From Bdellovibrionales bacterium (GTDB lineage Bacteria; Bdellovibrionota_G; JALEGL01; JAGRMV01): a stretch of DNA of 32,142 bases. The stretch spans positions 1 through 32,142 of the forward strand of contig JAGRAZ010000016.1 of NCBI GenBank assembly GCA_020434345.1. Reading direction: 5' to 3'. Position numbers and translations under genes: made by a program. The first letter of the stretch is position 1. Each line of letters starts with the position of its first letter. Shown one piece after another: positions 1 through 9,334 of this stretch. The notes beneath the pieces were generated by a model. That model had not been told where the DNA came from. It worked only from the letters and a program-made list of their open reading frames with translations, and did no database searches.

Positions 1-225
1 AGGTTCGTCCAATCTCTTGCAAATCTAGCGTTTGCATCGCCCTCTTTCCGCCAGTTCTCTACACTAATCAAAATTCAAATATATCTGTTAATCAGTGTTT
101 AAATATACCGATCAAAAAGGATTCGAACAGGTTCGTCCAATCTCTTGCAAATCTAGCGTTTGCATCGCCCTCTTTCCGCCAGTTCTCTACACTAATCAAA
201 ATTCAGATATCTCTGTGAACTGGTT
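1..225. repeat. Tandem direct duplication with a 128-bp period. Copy 1 is 1-97 and is cut by the window edge; copy 2 is 129-225. The first 77 nt of each copy are identical, and each contains the T-loop-like motif GGATTCGAAC (= GTTCGAATCC on the minus strand) and a CGAAC-AGG-GTTCG hairpin.
   Basis: Direct comparison of 1-77 with 129-205 shows identity, and 78-97 versus 206-225 match at about 13 of 20 positions. GGATTCGAAC at 119-128 precedes copy 2, so copy 1 probably extends upstream of the window. Confidence 0.8.
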
Positions 226-250
226 ATAAATTTAAATTTATTAGAACTAA

Positions 251-1231
251 TTACGCGACGGGATAAAAACAACTGACAAGGTGATCCTTGCCTTGGCTTT
301 CAAGCGCTGGCCATTTCTCTGCACACTGCTCTTTTTTGTTAAAACAGCGTGTGTGGAAATGACAGCCAGAAGGCGGATTGATTGGATTGGGAACATCTCC
401 TTGCAATACAATGTGCTTTCGCTGTTTTTCTACCACAGGGTTTGGAACTGGAATGGCTGAAATAAGTGCGTTTGTATAGGGATGCTTTGGTTGCTTGATA
501 ATTGTTTTTGCATCCGACAGCTCAACAATTTTTCCCAAATACATCACAGCAATACGATCAGAGATATGTTTAACCGCCGCAAGATCATGTGCAATAAAAA
601 TATAAGTTAATCCCAATTCTTTTTGCAATTTTTTCAATAGATTTAAAATTTGTGCTTGAATAGACACATCCAATGCACTGATGGGTTCATCCGCTATGAT
701 TAACTTTGGATTCAGTGCCAATGCTCTAGCAATCCCGATACGTTGACATTGACCACCTGAAAATTCATGGGGGTATCTTCGAATATACCGCGGATTCATG
801 CCCACAATTTCCAAAAGCTCTTGTACACGTTTTCGTAGTTCTAAACCACTAAGCTTTTTATACGTACGAAGTGGTTCTGCTACAATGGACTCAACTGTCA
901 TACGAGGATTTAAACTTGAATACGGATCTTGAAAAATCATCTGCATATCTTGTCTAACAAGATCAACATGTTTGCATTTACCTTCTTCAAAAATCGTCTT
1001 TCCTTCAAAAACAATTTTTCCAGAAGTAGGTTTATAAAGCTGAATGATACTTCGTCCAAGTGTCGACTTTCCGCAACCACTTTCACCAACAAGACCCAAT
1101 GTTTCACCTTTAAACACATCCAAACTAACACCTTCAACCGCGCGCAAAATTCTTTCTTGTGCAAAAGGATGTGGTTTCTTCAGTGGAAAATGTTTTCGCA
1201 AATTTTCTATTTTCAACAATACTTCGCTCAT
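251..1231 (-). CDS. oppF: Oligopeptide/dipeptide ABC transporter ATP-binding protein, OppF-like.
   Basis: Walker A GESGCGKST, the ABC signature LSGGQ-like FSGGQCQRI, a Walker B/D-loop IIADEPISALD, and the C-terminal Cys/His-rich oligopeptide-transporter extension. The ORF-track start at 1249 is TTG. ATG at 1231 has a GGAAGG RBS and abuts oppD. Confidence 0.85.
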   Translation of the reverse strand: MSEVLLKIENLRKHFPLKKPHPFAQERILRAVEGVSLDVFKGETLGLVGESGCGKSTLGRSIIQLYKPTSGKIVFEGKTIFEEGKCKHVDLVRQDMQMIFQDPYSSLNPRMTVESIVAEPLRTYKKLSGLELRKRVQELLEIVGMNPRYIRRYPHEFSGGQCQRIGIARALALNPKLIIADEPISALDVSIQAQILNLLKKLQKELGLTYIFIAHDLAAVKHISDRIAVMYLGKIVELSDAKTIIKQPKHPYTNALISAIPVPNPVVEKQRKHIVLQGDVPNPINPPSGCHFHTRCFNKKEQCAEKWPALESQGKDHLVSCFYPVA

Positions 1232-2196
1232 ACATTTACCTTCCAACAAGCAGCCATTCGATCTTTTGAAAGTTCAATACGATCTGGATAGGCCGCCTTA
1301 CATTGATCATCTGCAAACTTACATCGAGGATGAAACGAACAACCCGAAGGCAAATCAGACAAATCAGGAGGAAGACCTGGAATTGGTGTTAGGCTCCCTT
1401 GGTCATCAATATCAAGGCGTGGAATGCTCGACAAAAGTGCGTTGGTATATGGATGCTTGGGCGTTTCAAAAAGATCGCTGGTTGAAGCTTTCTCTACCAT
1501 TTTACCGGCATACATCACCACGATTCGGTCCGTCATACCTGCTACCACACCCATGTTATGTGTAATAAAAATAATGCTTGTACCAAAATCGCGATTCAGA
1601 TCTTTCATGAGTTCTAAAATTTGCGCTTGAATAGTTACGTCCAGTGCCGTTGTGGGTTCATCTGCAATAAGAAGTTCGGGACGACACAAAAGTGCCATTG
1701 CAATCATTACACGCTGTCTCATGCCACCTGAAAATTCATGTGGAAATTGTTTGATACGTCTGGGGGCATTGGCAATTCCAACACGCTCTAAAATATCAAT
1801 CGCAATTTTTTGTGCTTCTTTTCTGGTTTTATTCTGGTGAATCTCAAGAACTTCTGTCAACTGCGTTTCAACCGTTAAAAACGGATTGAGTGAGCTCATA
1901 GGGTCTTGAAAAATCATCGAGATCTGATTGCCACGAATCTTAGACATTTGTTTTGTGTTGAGTTTCATGAGGTCCTTGCCCATAAACTCAATTGATCCCG
2001 TTGGATAAAAACCGGGTGGCTCTGGAATAAGTTTCATGATCGACAAACACGTAACAGACTTACCCGATCCACTCTCACCCACAATGCCAACGATCTCTCC
2101 TTTTTCAAGCTCGAAGTCAACGCCATCCACAGCTTTGACAACATTGCCTTCCATTTTAAAATACGTGCGCAAATCGGAGATTTTAAGCAAACTCAT
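1228..2196 (-). CDS. oppD: Oligopeptide ABC transporter ATP-binding protein, OppD-like.
   Basis: GESGSGKSV Walker A, FSGGMRQR signature, LLIADEPTTALD, and an AAGGAG RBS upstream of ATG at 2196. The start overlaps the oppC stop (ATGA). Confidence 0.85.
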   Translation of the reverse strand: MSLLKISDLRTYFKMEGNVVKAVDGVDFELEKGEIVGIVGESGSGKSVTCLSIMKLIPEPPGFYPTGSIEFMGKDLMKLNTKQMSKIRGNQISMIFQDPMSSLNPFLTVETQLTEVLEIHQNKTRKEAQKIAIDILERVGIANAPRRIKQFPHEFSGGMRQRVMIAMALLCRPELLIADEPTTALDVTIQAQILELMKDLNRDFGTSIIFITHNMGVVAGMTDRIVVMYAGKMVEKASTSDLFETPKHPYTNALLSSIPRLDIDDQGSLTPIPGLPPDLSDLPSGCSFHPRCKFADDQCKAAYPDRIELSKDRMAACWKVNV

Positions 2197-3188
2197 TCTT
2201 TTCTCTCCTTTGGATCAAGTGCATCCCGTAGGCCGTCACCCACAAAGTTTAAACAATACAATAAAATTGCTAAAAATATGGCGGGAAACACGAGCGTCCA
2301 CCAATACAGTTGCATTTGCTTTGCACCATCACTGATAAGTGATCCCAAACTTGGATTGGGTGGTTGAATACCTAATCCGATGAAAGACAAAAACGCTTCT
2401 TGCATGATCATGGAAGGCACTGTGAGTGTGAAGTATACAATAATTGTACCCAACGCATTTGGAATCAAATGTCGGAAAATGATTGCTGTATTGCTCACAC
2501 CAATACTTCTTGCAGCTTGAACAAACTCCTGCTCTTTAATACTTAACACTTGTCCGCGCACAATCCTTGCTGTGGTTAACCAGCCAACAAGACCAAGTGC
2601 AATAAAAAGTAAAATAAGTCTTCCTTCAAAAATTTTAAGTCCCATCAACACTTCAGACACAGTATTAAACGGATCAAAGATGCTTCCAACATTAACTCTC
2701 TCAATAACTGTAACAAGAATGATGACCAAAAATAAATATGGAACCGCATAAAGCACATCTACAAAGCGCATCATCAAGTTATCCACGCGCCCACCAAAAA
2801 AACCAGACACAGAACCAAAAATTGTACCCACAATCGCCGCAACCGTTGCTGCGATAAGGCCCACCATAAGACTAATACTTCCACCAACAAGCGTACGCGT
2901 TAAAAGATCACGACCGAAATAATCTGTTCCAAAAGGGTGTTTCAGCGTCGGAGGTTTTGCGCCATAGGCAAGGTCTTGTGTGCTAAAATCATATCCAAAA
3001 AATTTATTCAAAATGAAAGGGCCAAAGAAACATACAATGACTAAAAATAGAACGCAGTATGCAGAAATCATCGCGGCTTTGTTTTTCTTCAGTCGCTTCC
3101 ATGCGTCCTGCCAAAAAGATACACCTTCAACAATTGTGTTTTGATTGGTTTGAACTTGCGTTTCTTTTAGTTGTGTTGCTTGTTGCAT
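2193..3188 (-). CDS. oppC: Oligopeptide ABC transporter permease, OppC-like.
   Basis: Polytopic membrane protein with an N-terminal extension plus the EAA-like loop region typical of OppC/DppC. It sits between oppB and oppD. Confidence 0.85.
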   Translation of the reverse strand: MQQATQLKETQVQTNQNTIVEGVSFWQDAWKRLKKNKAAMISAYCVLFLVIVCFFGPFILNKFFGYDFSTQDLAYGAKPPTLKHPFGTDYFGRDLLTRTLVGGSISLMVGLIAATVAAIVGTIFGSVSGFFGGRVDNLMMRFVDVLYAVPYLFLVIILVTVIERVNVGSIFDPFNTVSEVLMGLKIFEGRLILLFIALGLVGWLTTARIVRGQVLSIKEQEFVQAARSIGVSNTAIIFRHLIPNALGTIIVYFTLTVPSMIMQEAFLSFIGLGIQPPNPSLGSLISDGAKQMQLYWWTLVFPAIFLAILLYCLNFVGDGLRDALDPKERKE

Positions 3189-3202
3189 ATTACCCTTTGC
3201 GC

Positions 3203-4120
3203 CTATTCAAAACGAATCCTTGGATCAATGAATCCATATGCAATATCAACAAGTAAGTTGAGCAATAATAAAAAGACGGCGTACACAATCACAACGCCCA
3301 TTAACAAAAAGTAATCACGGTTAAATGCGGCATCCACAAAATAAGGCCCCATGCCGGGTGTATTAAAAATCTTTTCCACCACAACAGATCCAACCATAAT
3401 GCTTGCTACCGCAGGACCTAAAAATGTTACAACGGGCAAGATACCACCCTTTAATGCGTGCTTAACAACCACCGCTTTCTCACTCAAGCCTTTTGCACGT
3501 GCAGTACGAATGTAATTAGAACGAATCACTTCAAGCATGCCACCACGTGTAAGTCTTGCGATATATGCTGCATACACACTTCCGAGTGAAATCGAAGGAA
3601 GTACAACATGTTTCCACGATCCCCAACCACTGGTTGGAAACCAAGGAAGTGCCAATGCAAAAACAAGGATCAACAATGGGCCTGAAACAAGTGGAGGAAT
3701 GCTAATGCCACACATCGCTATAGACATGAGTCCATAGTCCCACTTGGTATTTTGTTTTACTGCAGCAATCGCACCCCCAACAAAACCAACCAAAATCGCC
3801 CAAATCAACGCCAAAAAGCCGATTTGCATGGTTTTGGGAAGACTGATTTTGATGATCTCGTTCACGGTTCGGTTGGAATACTTGATGGATAGGCCTAAAT
3901 CACCTTTGACAACGTTTCCGATGTACTGAAAATATTGCTTATGTAGTGGTTTATCAAAGCCATACTTGGCTTTAAGCGCTTCCAAAACCTCAACAGGCAC
4001 ATCTCTTTCTTGAGAAAAGGGTGATCCGGGCGTAATACGAATAATCAGAAATGAGAGTGTTATAATAACAAAAAGAGTAATGACGACGCCAACTAGTCTT
4101 TTTGCAATAAAAAATAACAT
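3203..4120 (-). CDS. oppB: Oligopeptide ABC transporter permease, OppB-like.
   Basis: N-terminus MLFFIAKRLVGVVITLFVIITLSFLIIRITPGSPF is the classic OppB/DppB start. The protein has six TM segments. Confidence 0.85.
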   Translation of the reverse strand: MLFFIAKRLVGVVITLFVIITLSFLIIRITPGSPFSQERDVPVEVLEALKAKYGFDKPLHKQYFQYIGNVVKGDLGLSIKYSNRTVNEIIKISLPKTMQIGFLALIWAILVGFVGGAIAAVKQNTKWDYGLMSIAMCGISIPPLVSGPLLILVFALALPWFPTSGWGSWKHVVLPSISLGSVYAAYIARLTRGGMLEVIRSNYIRTARAKGLSEKAVVVKHALKGGILPVVTFLGPAVASIMVGSVVVEKIFNTPGMGPYFVDAAFNRDYFLLMGVVIVYAVFLLLLNLLVDIAYGFIDPRIRFE

Positions 4121-4217
4121 TCCACTCCCCCTAACGAATATTACAGCGCTTTACAAGAATTTTATACGTTATTTATGCCCCTAACACTTGCCAAGTTGCT
4201 GTAAATCATTGGCTTTT

Positions 4218-6104
4218 TTACTTTTCTTCAACCCACATGTGTTTCCACAAATGATGGTCTTGATAGTCCTTATAAAAACCTTTGATAAACGGCTTAAGCA
4301 TATAGGTTTTGGTATACAAATAGATAGGAATCATCGCTTGGTCTTCCATCGCAATTTTTTCTGCATCGTGCAGCATTTGCATACGAAGTGAAAGATCAGA
4401 CTCCTGATTACTTTTCTCTACCAACGCATCGAACTCGGCATTTTTCCAGTTGCTGTGATTATTACCACTATTGGAAAGATTAAGTTCAATAAACGTATAT
4501 GGATCTAAAAAATCTCCGATCCATCCTTGTCGTGCAATTTCAAAGTTATGTTTTTGTAGGTCGTCCAAATATACTTTCCACTCAACATTCACCATATCTA
4601 CATCAATGTTGAGATTTTTCTTCCACATTTGTTGCACAGCTTGAATGATTAAACGGTGAATATCTTTAGTATCGTACTTAAATTTAAATTTAGGAAATCC
4701 CTTACCTTCAGGATACCCTGCTTCCGCTAAAAGTTGTTTTGCTTTTTCAGGATTATAAAGCTCTTGTTGGTAGCTTTTATAACCAGCCAAACCATCCGGT
4801 ACCAATCCACCGTAAGGAATATAACTTCCTGCCAACACATTTTTTGTAATGGTTTCACGATCAATCGAAAGACTCAAAGCCTTACGAACACGCACATCGT
4901 TAAGCACCGGCAGATCATGGTTAATAATATAGTAATACACACCTAGGTAAGGATCATTGTGAAAGTCTTTAAAGTTTTGCACTTGATTGAGTTGTTCTGC
5001 AGGCACTTCATGCGGACCTGTCCAGTCAATTTCACCTACTTTATAAGCATTCATCGCAGCTGTTTCAGTTTCAATCATGAGTACACGAATGCGTGGTGTT
5101 TTTACATTTGCAGCGTCCCAGTAAAATGGATTTTTCTCGTACACTTTATCAATTTTGAAATTCTCTTTTACCAATTTGTACGCACCACTGACCACGATGT
5201 TTTCTAAGCGAACCCAAGAAGATTCATCTCCGTTATTCTCTTTTGCGATTCTTTCAATGACATGTTTTGGAACAGCAGCAAAACAAGTAAACTCGGATAA
5301 CAAAATAAAATAAGGAAGCGGGCCCACCAATCGCACTTCAAGTTGACGATCGTCCAACGCACGAAGCTCTACAACGCTTTCATCGGCCATCTTTGCCGAT
5401 ATGCCTTGGCCTAACGCGTTTGATTTTGTAATCGCATTGATCAACTTTGTCCTTTGATCATCCGCATCTTTTCCTTCACCATTTACAAAGACAAATAGAT
5501 CGGTACTTTGAAATTTTGGTTTGATTTTTTCAATAGACACGCCTTTGGCTTCCAATGTTTTTTGAACTGTATCAATAGCAGCCTCTTTAGAAAAACCAGA
5601 AATAACAACAGCACGTCTTCCAAAAGCTTCGCCACCTTCAACAATGGTGTATCCAAGTGCTGTATACTGTGCACCTGTTTTTGGGTTCATCAAACGCTTC
5701 CATGAGTATTCAAAATCATGCGCTGTCAAAGGTTGCCCATCGGACCATTTTAAACCTTCACGTAGATGAAAAATATATCGATATCCTTCATCGAGCACAT
5801 CCCAGCGCTCTGCTAAATCAGGTACAGGCTGACTTGTTTCAGGATTAATCTGTACAAGTCTTGCAAAAGCATTCATCGCAAGATTTCCATCAGGCACGCC
5901 GGCTGCTAAAATAGGATCCATGTACTGAGGCTCTTCGCGATTGTTGATCCAAATTTCATCTTTTCCATGTTTTGGCGCTGTTGTACCAAAAAATTGTTCT
6001 GCAGAACTTTCAGAACCATTGGGCGTGGGGGCGTTTTCTTCTTTCTTTGTACAAGCAAAAACCAACGATAACGCAACAAACAAACAAATATTTTTAATTT
6101 TCAT
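4218..6104 (-). CDS. oppA: Oligopeptide-binding lipoprotein, family-5 substrate-binding protein (OppA paralog 1).
   Basis: Lipobox LVFAC, 628 aa, SBP_bac_5-like sequence, strong GGGGGAGAA RBS. It is first in gene order after the second oppA. Confidence 0.8.
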   Translation of the reverse strand: MKIKNICLFVALSLVFACTKKEENAPTPNGSESSAEQFFGTTAPKHGKDEIWINNREEPQYMDPILAAGVPDGNLAMNAFARLVQINPETSQPVPDLAERWDVLDEGYRYIFHLREGLKWSDGQPLTAHDFEYSWKRLMNPKTGAQYTALGYTIVEGGEAFGRRAVVISGFSKEAAIDTVQKTLEAKGVSIEKIKPKFQSTDLFVFVNGEGKDADDQRTKLINAITKSNALGQGISAKMADESVVELRALDDRQLEVRLVGPLPYFILLSEFTCFAAVPKHVIERIAKENNGDESSWVRLENIVVSGAYKLVKENFKIDKVYEKNPFYWDAANVKTPRIRVLMIETETAAMNAYKVGEIDWTGPHEVPAEQLNQVQNFKDFHNDPYLGVYYYIINHDLPVLNDVRVRKALSLSIDRETITKNVLAGSYIPYGGLVPDGLAGYKSYQQELYNPEKAKQLLAEAGYPEGKGFPKFKFKYDTKDIHRLIIQAVQQMWKKNLNIDVDMVNVEWKVYLDDLQKHNFEIARQGWIGDFLDPYTFIELNLSNSGNNHSNWKNAEFDALVEKSNQESDLSLRMQMLHDAEKIAMEDQAMIPIYLYTKTYMLKPFIKGFYKDYQDHHLWKHMWVEEK

Positions 6105-6140
6105 TTTTCTCCCCCTATTTCTCTTTCAAAAAAAAATCAG

Positions 6141-6206
6141 CTATTCCCATGGAACGTTTGGCACTGCATCTGGATTTTCAGGAACGCCTTTGTACCAGCA
6201 CTCGTC
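6141..6206 (-). pseudogene. Fossil copy of the last ~22 codons plus stop of the upstream oppA paralog (..DECWYKGVPENPDAVPNVPWE*). It is followed on the minus strand by a T9 run.
   Basis: 66 bp at 6141-6206 is about 91% identical to 6310-6375, the 3' end of the oppA at 6310-8205. The stop codon is conserved. It lies in the oppA-oppA intergenic region. Confidence 0.7.
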
Positions 6207-6309
6207 ATTACCTGCGTATTGCCCCTCGGCAATACTTGCAAGGGAAAAACGCTTTTCCCCTCTTTGCACAAAATAAATTTGTGCAAATTCACCCCTTTGC
6301 GACCTATCA

Positions 6310-8205
6310 CTATTCCCATGGAACGTTTGGAACTGCATCTGGATTTTCTGGTACACCTTTGTACCAACGCTCGTCTATCCACATGTATTTCCAGTTGTAC
6401 TTGTCTTGTAAGCTTGGAAAAATTCCTTTGACGTAAGGTTTGACTTGTTTTGTTCCAGAGTACCAATAAATTGGCATGATCGGTTGCTCATCCGCTAAAA
6501 TATGCTCTGCTTCTTGGAACAAGGACAAACGTGCCTCAGGATCACGCATGTAATCCGACTGATCCATCAATTCATCAAATTTCGCATTTTTCCAACCAGT
6601 ATGATTGTTGGTGCTGTGAGACAAAAACACACTTAAGAACGTATGCGGATCGAGATAGTCTGCAACCCACGCCATTCTCATGATATCAAAATTATGCACG
6701 TTTTGATCTTCAATCAAAGTGCGCCACTCCATGTTTGTAATTTCAACATGAATGTTTAAATTATTTTTCCACATTTCCTGCACAGCCTCAGCAATTTTTC
6801 TGTGACCTTCAAGTGTATTGAATTTAACCAAAATTTTGGGGAAGTCTTTTCCGTTTGGATATCCAGCTTCAGAAAGCAACTGCTTTGCCTTTGCTGGATT
6901 GTAAACTTCGCTCTGTATACTTTTATATCCGCCAAGACCTTCCATCACCAAATCTCTAGATGGAATTTGACCAAGCTTTAAAATATTATCGACAATAGAT
7001 TTTCTATCAACCGCGAGTGATAGCGCTTGACGAACACGTTTGTCATTGAGCGGCTTTCTTTCAACGTTGAATTGATAGTAATAGACTGCTGTTTTAGGAT
7101 AAAACCATGTGTCTTTATATTTTCTCATTTCATCAACATACTCACTTGGGTAACTCTCGCTTGAGCTCCAATCATGCTGACCCACTTTGTATGCGTTCAT
7201 CGTAGGTTGCGCATTTTCGATCATGATTGCTTTGACTTTATTTAAGCGAACTTTGTCAGCATGAAAATACAAAGGATTTTTTTGATATATTTTGTATTGT
7301 TTAAATTCTTCTTCAACAAGCTTGAATGCGCCACTGACAACAATGTTCTCAGCACGCGTCCAAAGTTCTGGACGGCCTTGCGCCTCAAACTTCTCAATGA
7401 CATGTTTTGGTACTGGTGCAAAAACCATGTACGAAATCATGCCCACAAAATAGGGTGCTGGAGAAACTAGCTGAACCCAAAGTGTATAGTCATCTTTGGC
7501 TTGAACTTGAACAACATTCGCAGTTGTTGGTTCTGCTTTAATGTCTGAACCTAGAATGCCTTTGTTAATTTCTTCAATCAGTTGATCTTTTTTATCTTTC
7601 TTTGCTTGCGCATCTTCGTCTTTAACAAAAAGAAAGTAGTTCTTCGTTCTTGCATCAGAAGTAATTTCAACATCTTTGAGCTGTGCAGGTAATTTATCTT
7701 GAATCATTTTACTTTCAGCAGCATCAAAATTTTTCAAACCTGTTACTGTAACGCTTCCTTCGCGAAATGCGCGGCCATTTTGAATGATGTCCGCCATTTG
7801 TGAATACGTTGAAACTGTTTTAGGATTGAGAAGTCTTTTCCACGAATACTCAACATCATGCGCCGTCATGGGTTTACCATCAGACCACTTTGCATCCTCA
7901 CGCAGGTGAAATGTATACTCACGACCATCTTGTGAAAGATCCCAACTGGTTGCAAAATCACCGATAGGCTTTTGCGTGATAGGATGAACTTCCGTTAAAC
8001 GAACAAACATCGCATCAGTAAGGGCTTGAGAAACTGAGTCTGAAACTTGTGCAGGATCCATGTACTGTGGCTCACCACCAGCATCGGTCCACATCTCATC
8101 TGCAGGGTGTTTTGGAATAACCGTTCCGTAATAATCTGGATGCGTGTCTTTTTTCGTACACGCAATTGTTAGACTAAGTAGTAATAGAGGTAGGATTTTT
8201 TTCAT
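6310..8205 (-). CDS. oppA: Oligopeptide-binding lipoprotein, family-5 SBP (OppA paralog 2), with a C-terminal WYKGVPENPDAVPNVPWE tail that paralog 1 lacks.
   Basis: Lipobox LTIAC, 631 aa, similar throughout to the 4218-6104 product. It is first gene of the minus-strand operon. Confidence 0.8.
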   Translation of the reverse strand: MKKILPLLLLSLTIACTKKDTHPDYYGTVIPKHPADEMWTDAGGEPQYMDPAQVSDSVSQALTDAMFVRLTEVHPITQKPIGDFATSWDLSQDGREYTFHLREDAKWSDGKPMTAHDVEYSWKRLLNPKTVSTYSQMADIIQNGRAFREGSVTVTGLKNFDAAESKMIQDKLPAQLKDVEITSDARTKNYFLFVKDEDAQAKKDKKDQLIEEINKGILGSDIKAEPTTANVVQVQAKDDYTLWVQLVSPAPYFVGMISYMVFAPVPKHVIEKFEAQGRPELWTRAENIVVSGAFKLVEEEFKQYKIYQKNPLYFHADKVRLNKVKAIMIENAQPTMNAYKVGQHDWSSSESYPSEYVDEMRKYKDTWFYPKTAVYYYQFNVERKPLNDKRVRQALSLAVDRKSIVDNILKLGQIPSRDLVMEGLGGYKSIQSEVYNPAKAKQLLSEAGYPNGKDFPKILVKFNTLEGHRKIAEAVQEMWKNNLNIHVEITNMEWRTLIEDQNVHNFDIMRMAWVADYLDPHTFLSVFLSHSTNNHTGWKNAKFDELMDQSDYMRDPEARLSLFQEAEHILADEQPIMPIYWYSGTKQVKPYVKGIFPSLQDKYNWKYMWIDERWYKGVPENPDAVPNVPWE

Positions 8206-8267
8206 AGGAAACCCTATAAACCTTCTTCGTTAAGAGATGTCAAAGGGTTTTGGCAAAAATTTGAGGT

Positions 8268-8732
8268 TTACCAACGATTGTAGGCGGGGTGATCTTCTTT
8301 GACTGCAACAAACAACCCTTCACAGGTTGCCGTTTTGAGATCGCCCACATACGCGTGCGCTTCCACCCAGGCTTTGTTACCCTGAACCTTTGTGGGATAG
8401 GCCTTTAAGACAATATCACGATCAGAAGGGGTGGGATGCAAGAGTCTAACATGATATTCAGCCGTGACCGTCCATGGAATGGTATCGTCCATTCTTTCTT
8501 GCATGATGGCGTACGCTGCAGTCCAATTGGAATGGCAATCCAATATTGCACCCAATATTCCTCCATTGACCACATTTTCAAAGGCTTCATGATGTTTTTG
8601 TGGCTGAAACTGGCATAAAACCATGCCGTCCTTTTGCGGAAAGCTTTTGATTTGAAGCCCTTTATCGTTCTTAGGACCACACCCGAAACAACGTCCATTG
8701 GGACCAAACTGATCTTGTAAGCTTAGTGACAT
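8268..8732 (-). CDS. Hotdog-fold PaaI/4HBT-family thioesterase (putative).
   Basis: 154 aa with a GGILGAILD..H.N motif region typical of PaaI-like thioesterases. There is no signal peptide. Confidence 0.55.
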   Translation of the reverse strand: MSLSLQDQFGPNGRCFGCGPKNDKGLQIKSFPQKDGMVLCQFQPQKHHEAFENVVNGGILGAILDCHSNWTAAYAIMQERMDDTIPWTVTAEYHVRLLHPTPSDRDIVLKAYPTKVQGNKAWVEAHAYVGDLKTATCEGLFVAVKEDHPAYNRW

Positions 8733-8884
8733 ATCTGGTGATTACTCTAGTCTTGCCTTGAAAAGAAAATCAACAAAAATACATCTTCGCTTCTTTTTTG
8801 GGTTTTCAATTATATCAACATGTTATATAAGAATACACATTGAGGGTACGTATTAGACGTACGAGTTCGTCAAGGAGTTATAAA

Positions 8885-9208
8885 ATGGCATATGTAGTGA
8901 CTGAAGCGTGTATCAAATGCAAATACACCGATTGTGTTGAAGTTTGTCCTGTAGAGTGCTTTCATGAAGGCGCAAACATGTTAGCAATTGATCCAAATGA
9001 ATGTATCGATTGCGGTGCGTGCGACCCTGTCTGCCCTACACAGGCGATCTTTCCTGAAGAAGAAGTTCCAGCAGAACAACAAGAATTTATTGAACTTAAC
9101 AAAAAGTTCTCAGAAAGCTGGCCACTCATCACCGAGAAAAAAGACCCTCTGCCAGAAGCAGATGATTTTGCTGAAAAAACTGGCAAAAGAAGCATGCTAC
9201 AAGCGTAA
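8885..9208 (+). CDS. fdxA: 7Fe ferredoxin (FdxA-type, [3Fe-4S][4Fe-4S]).
   Basis: [29 protein letters not shown]...[12 protein letters not shown] Cys pattern, 107 aa, AAGGAG RBS 7 nt upstream. The ORF-track N-terminal extension from 8840 is rejected. Confidence 0.8.
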   Translation: MAYVVTEACIKCKYTDCVEVCPVECFHEGANMLAIDPNECIDCGACDPVCPTQAIFPEEEVPAEQQEFIELNKKFSESWPLITEKKDPLPEADDFAEKTGKRSMLQA

Positions 9209-9240
9209 CATAGCGTCTTTTCTTCTTTAAAGAATTAACC

Positions 9241-9272
9241 AAAGCCCCACTTTTATAAGTGGGGCTTTTTTT
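9241..9272 (+). terminator. Rho-independent terminator downstream of fdxA.
   Basis: AAAGCCCCACTT-TTAT-AAGTGGGGCTTT forms a 12-bp stem, followed by a T7 run. Confidence 0.75.
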
Positions 9273-9334
9273 ATGGACAAATCGCTGGCCCATACCTTAT
9301 GTTGCAGTCTTATTTCAAACCAAGGAATCCATCA

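Noticed and set aside
1-135. Possibility that the 5' repeat unit is an intact minus-strand tRNA gene (GTTCGAATCC T-loop).
   Set aside because: A 7-bp acceptor stem, D-arm or canonical anticodon loop (U33) could not be built. The candidate anticodon-like loop CGCTAGA has G at position 2 and there is no CCA-adjacent acceptor. It is kept only as a T-loop-like repeat.
929-2335. ORF-track ORFs on the plus strand inside oppF/oppD (929-1291, 1044-1565, 1424-1630, 1652-1840, 2036-2335).
   Set aside because: They are antisense to well-supported ABC ATPase genes. Low-complexity, Ser/Thr/Pro-rich translations are typical of shadow ORFs. No RBS was seen.
4121-4217. GCCAA-N14-TTGGC hairpin plus T6 between oppA and oppB as a terminator.
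   Set aside because: The T-run is on the non-transcribed (plus) strand. On the operon strand the hairpin is followed by no U-tract. At most it is a weak intra-operon attenuator.
9259-9334. Upstream extension of pepN (MGLFLWTNRWP...) and the 8840 extension of fdxA.
   Set aside because: There is no RBS. The pepN extension overlaps the fdxA terminator hairpin. Internal ATGs have good RBSs and a lipobox or the conserved ferredoxin N-terminus.
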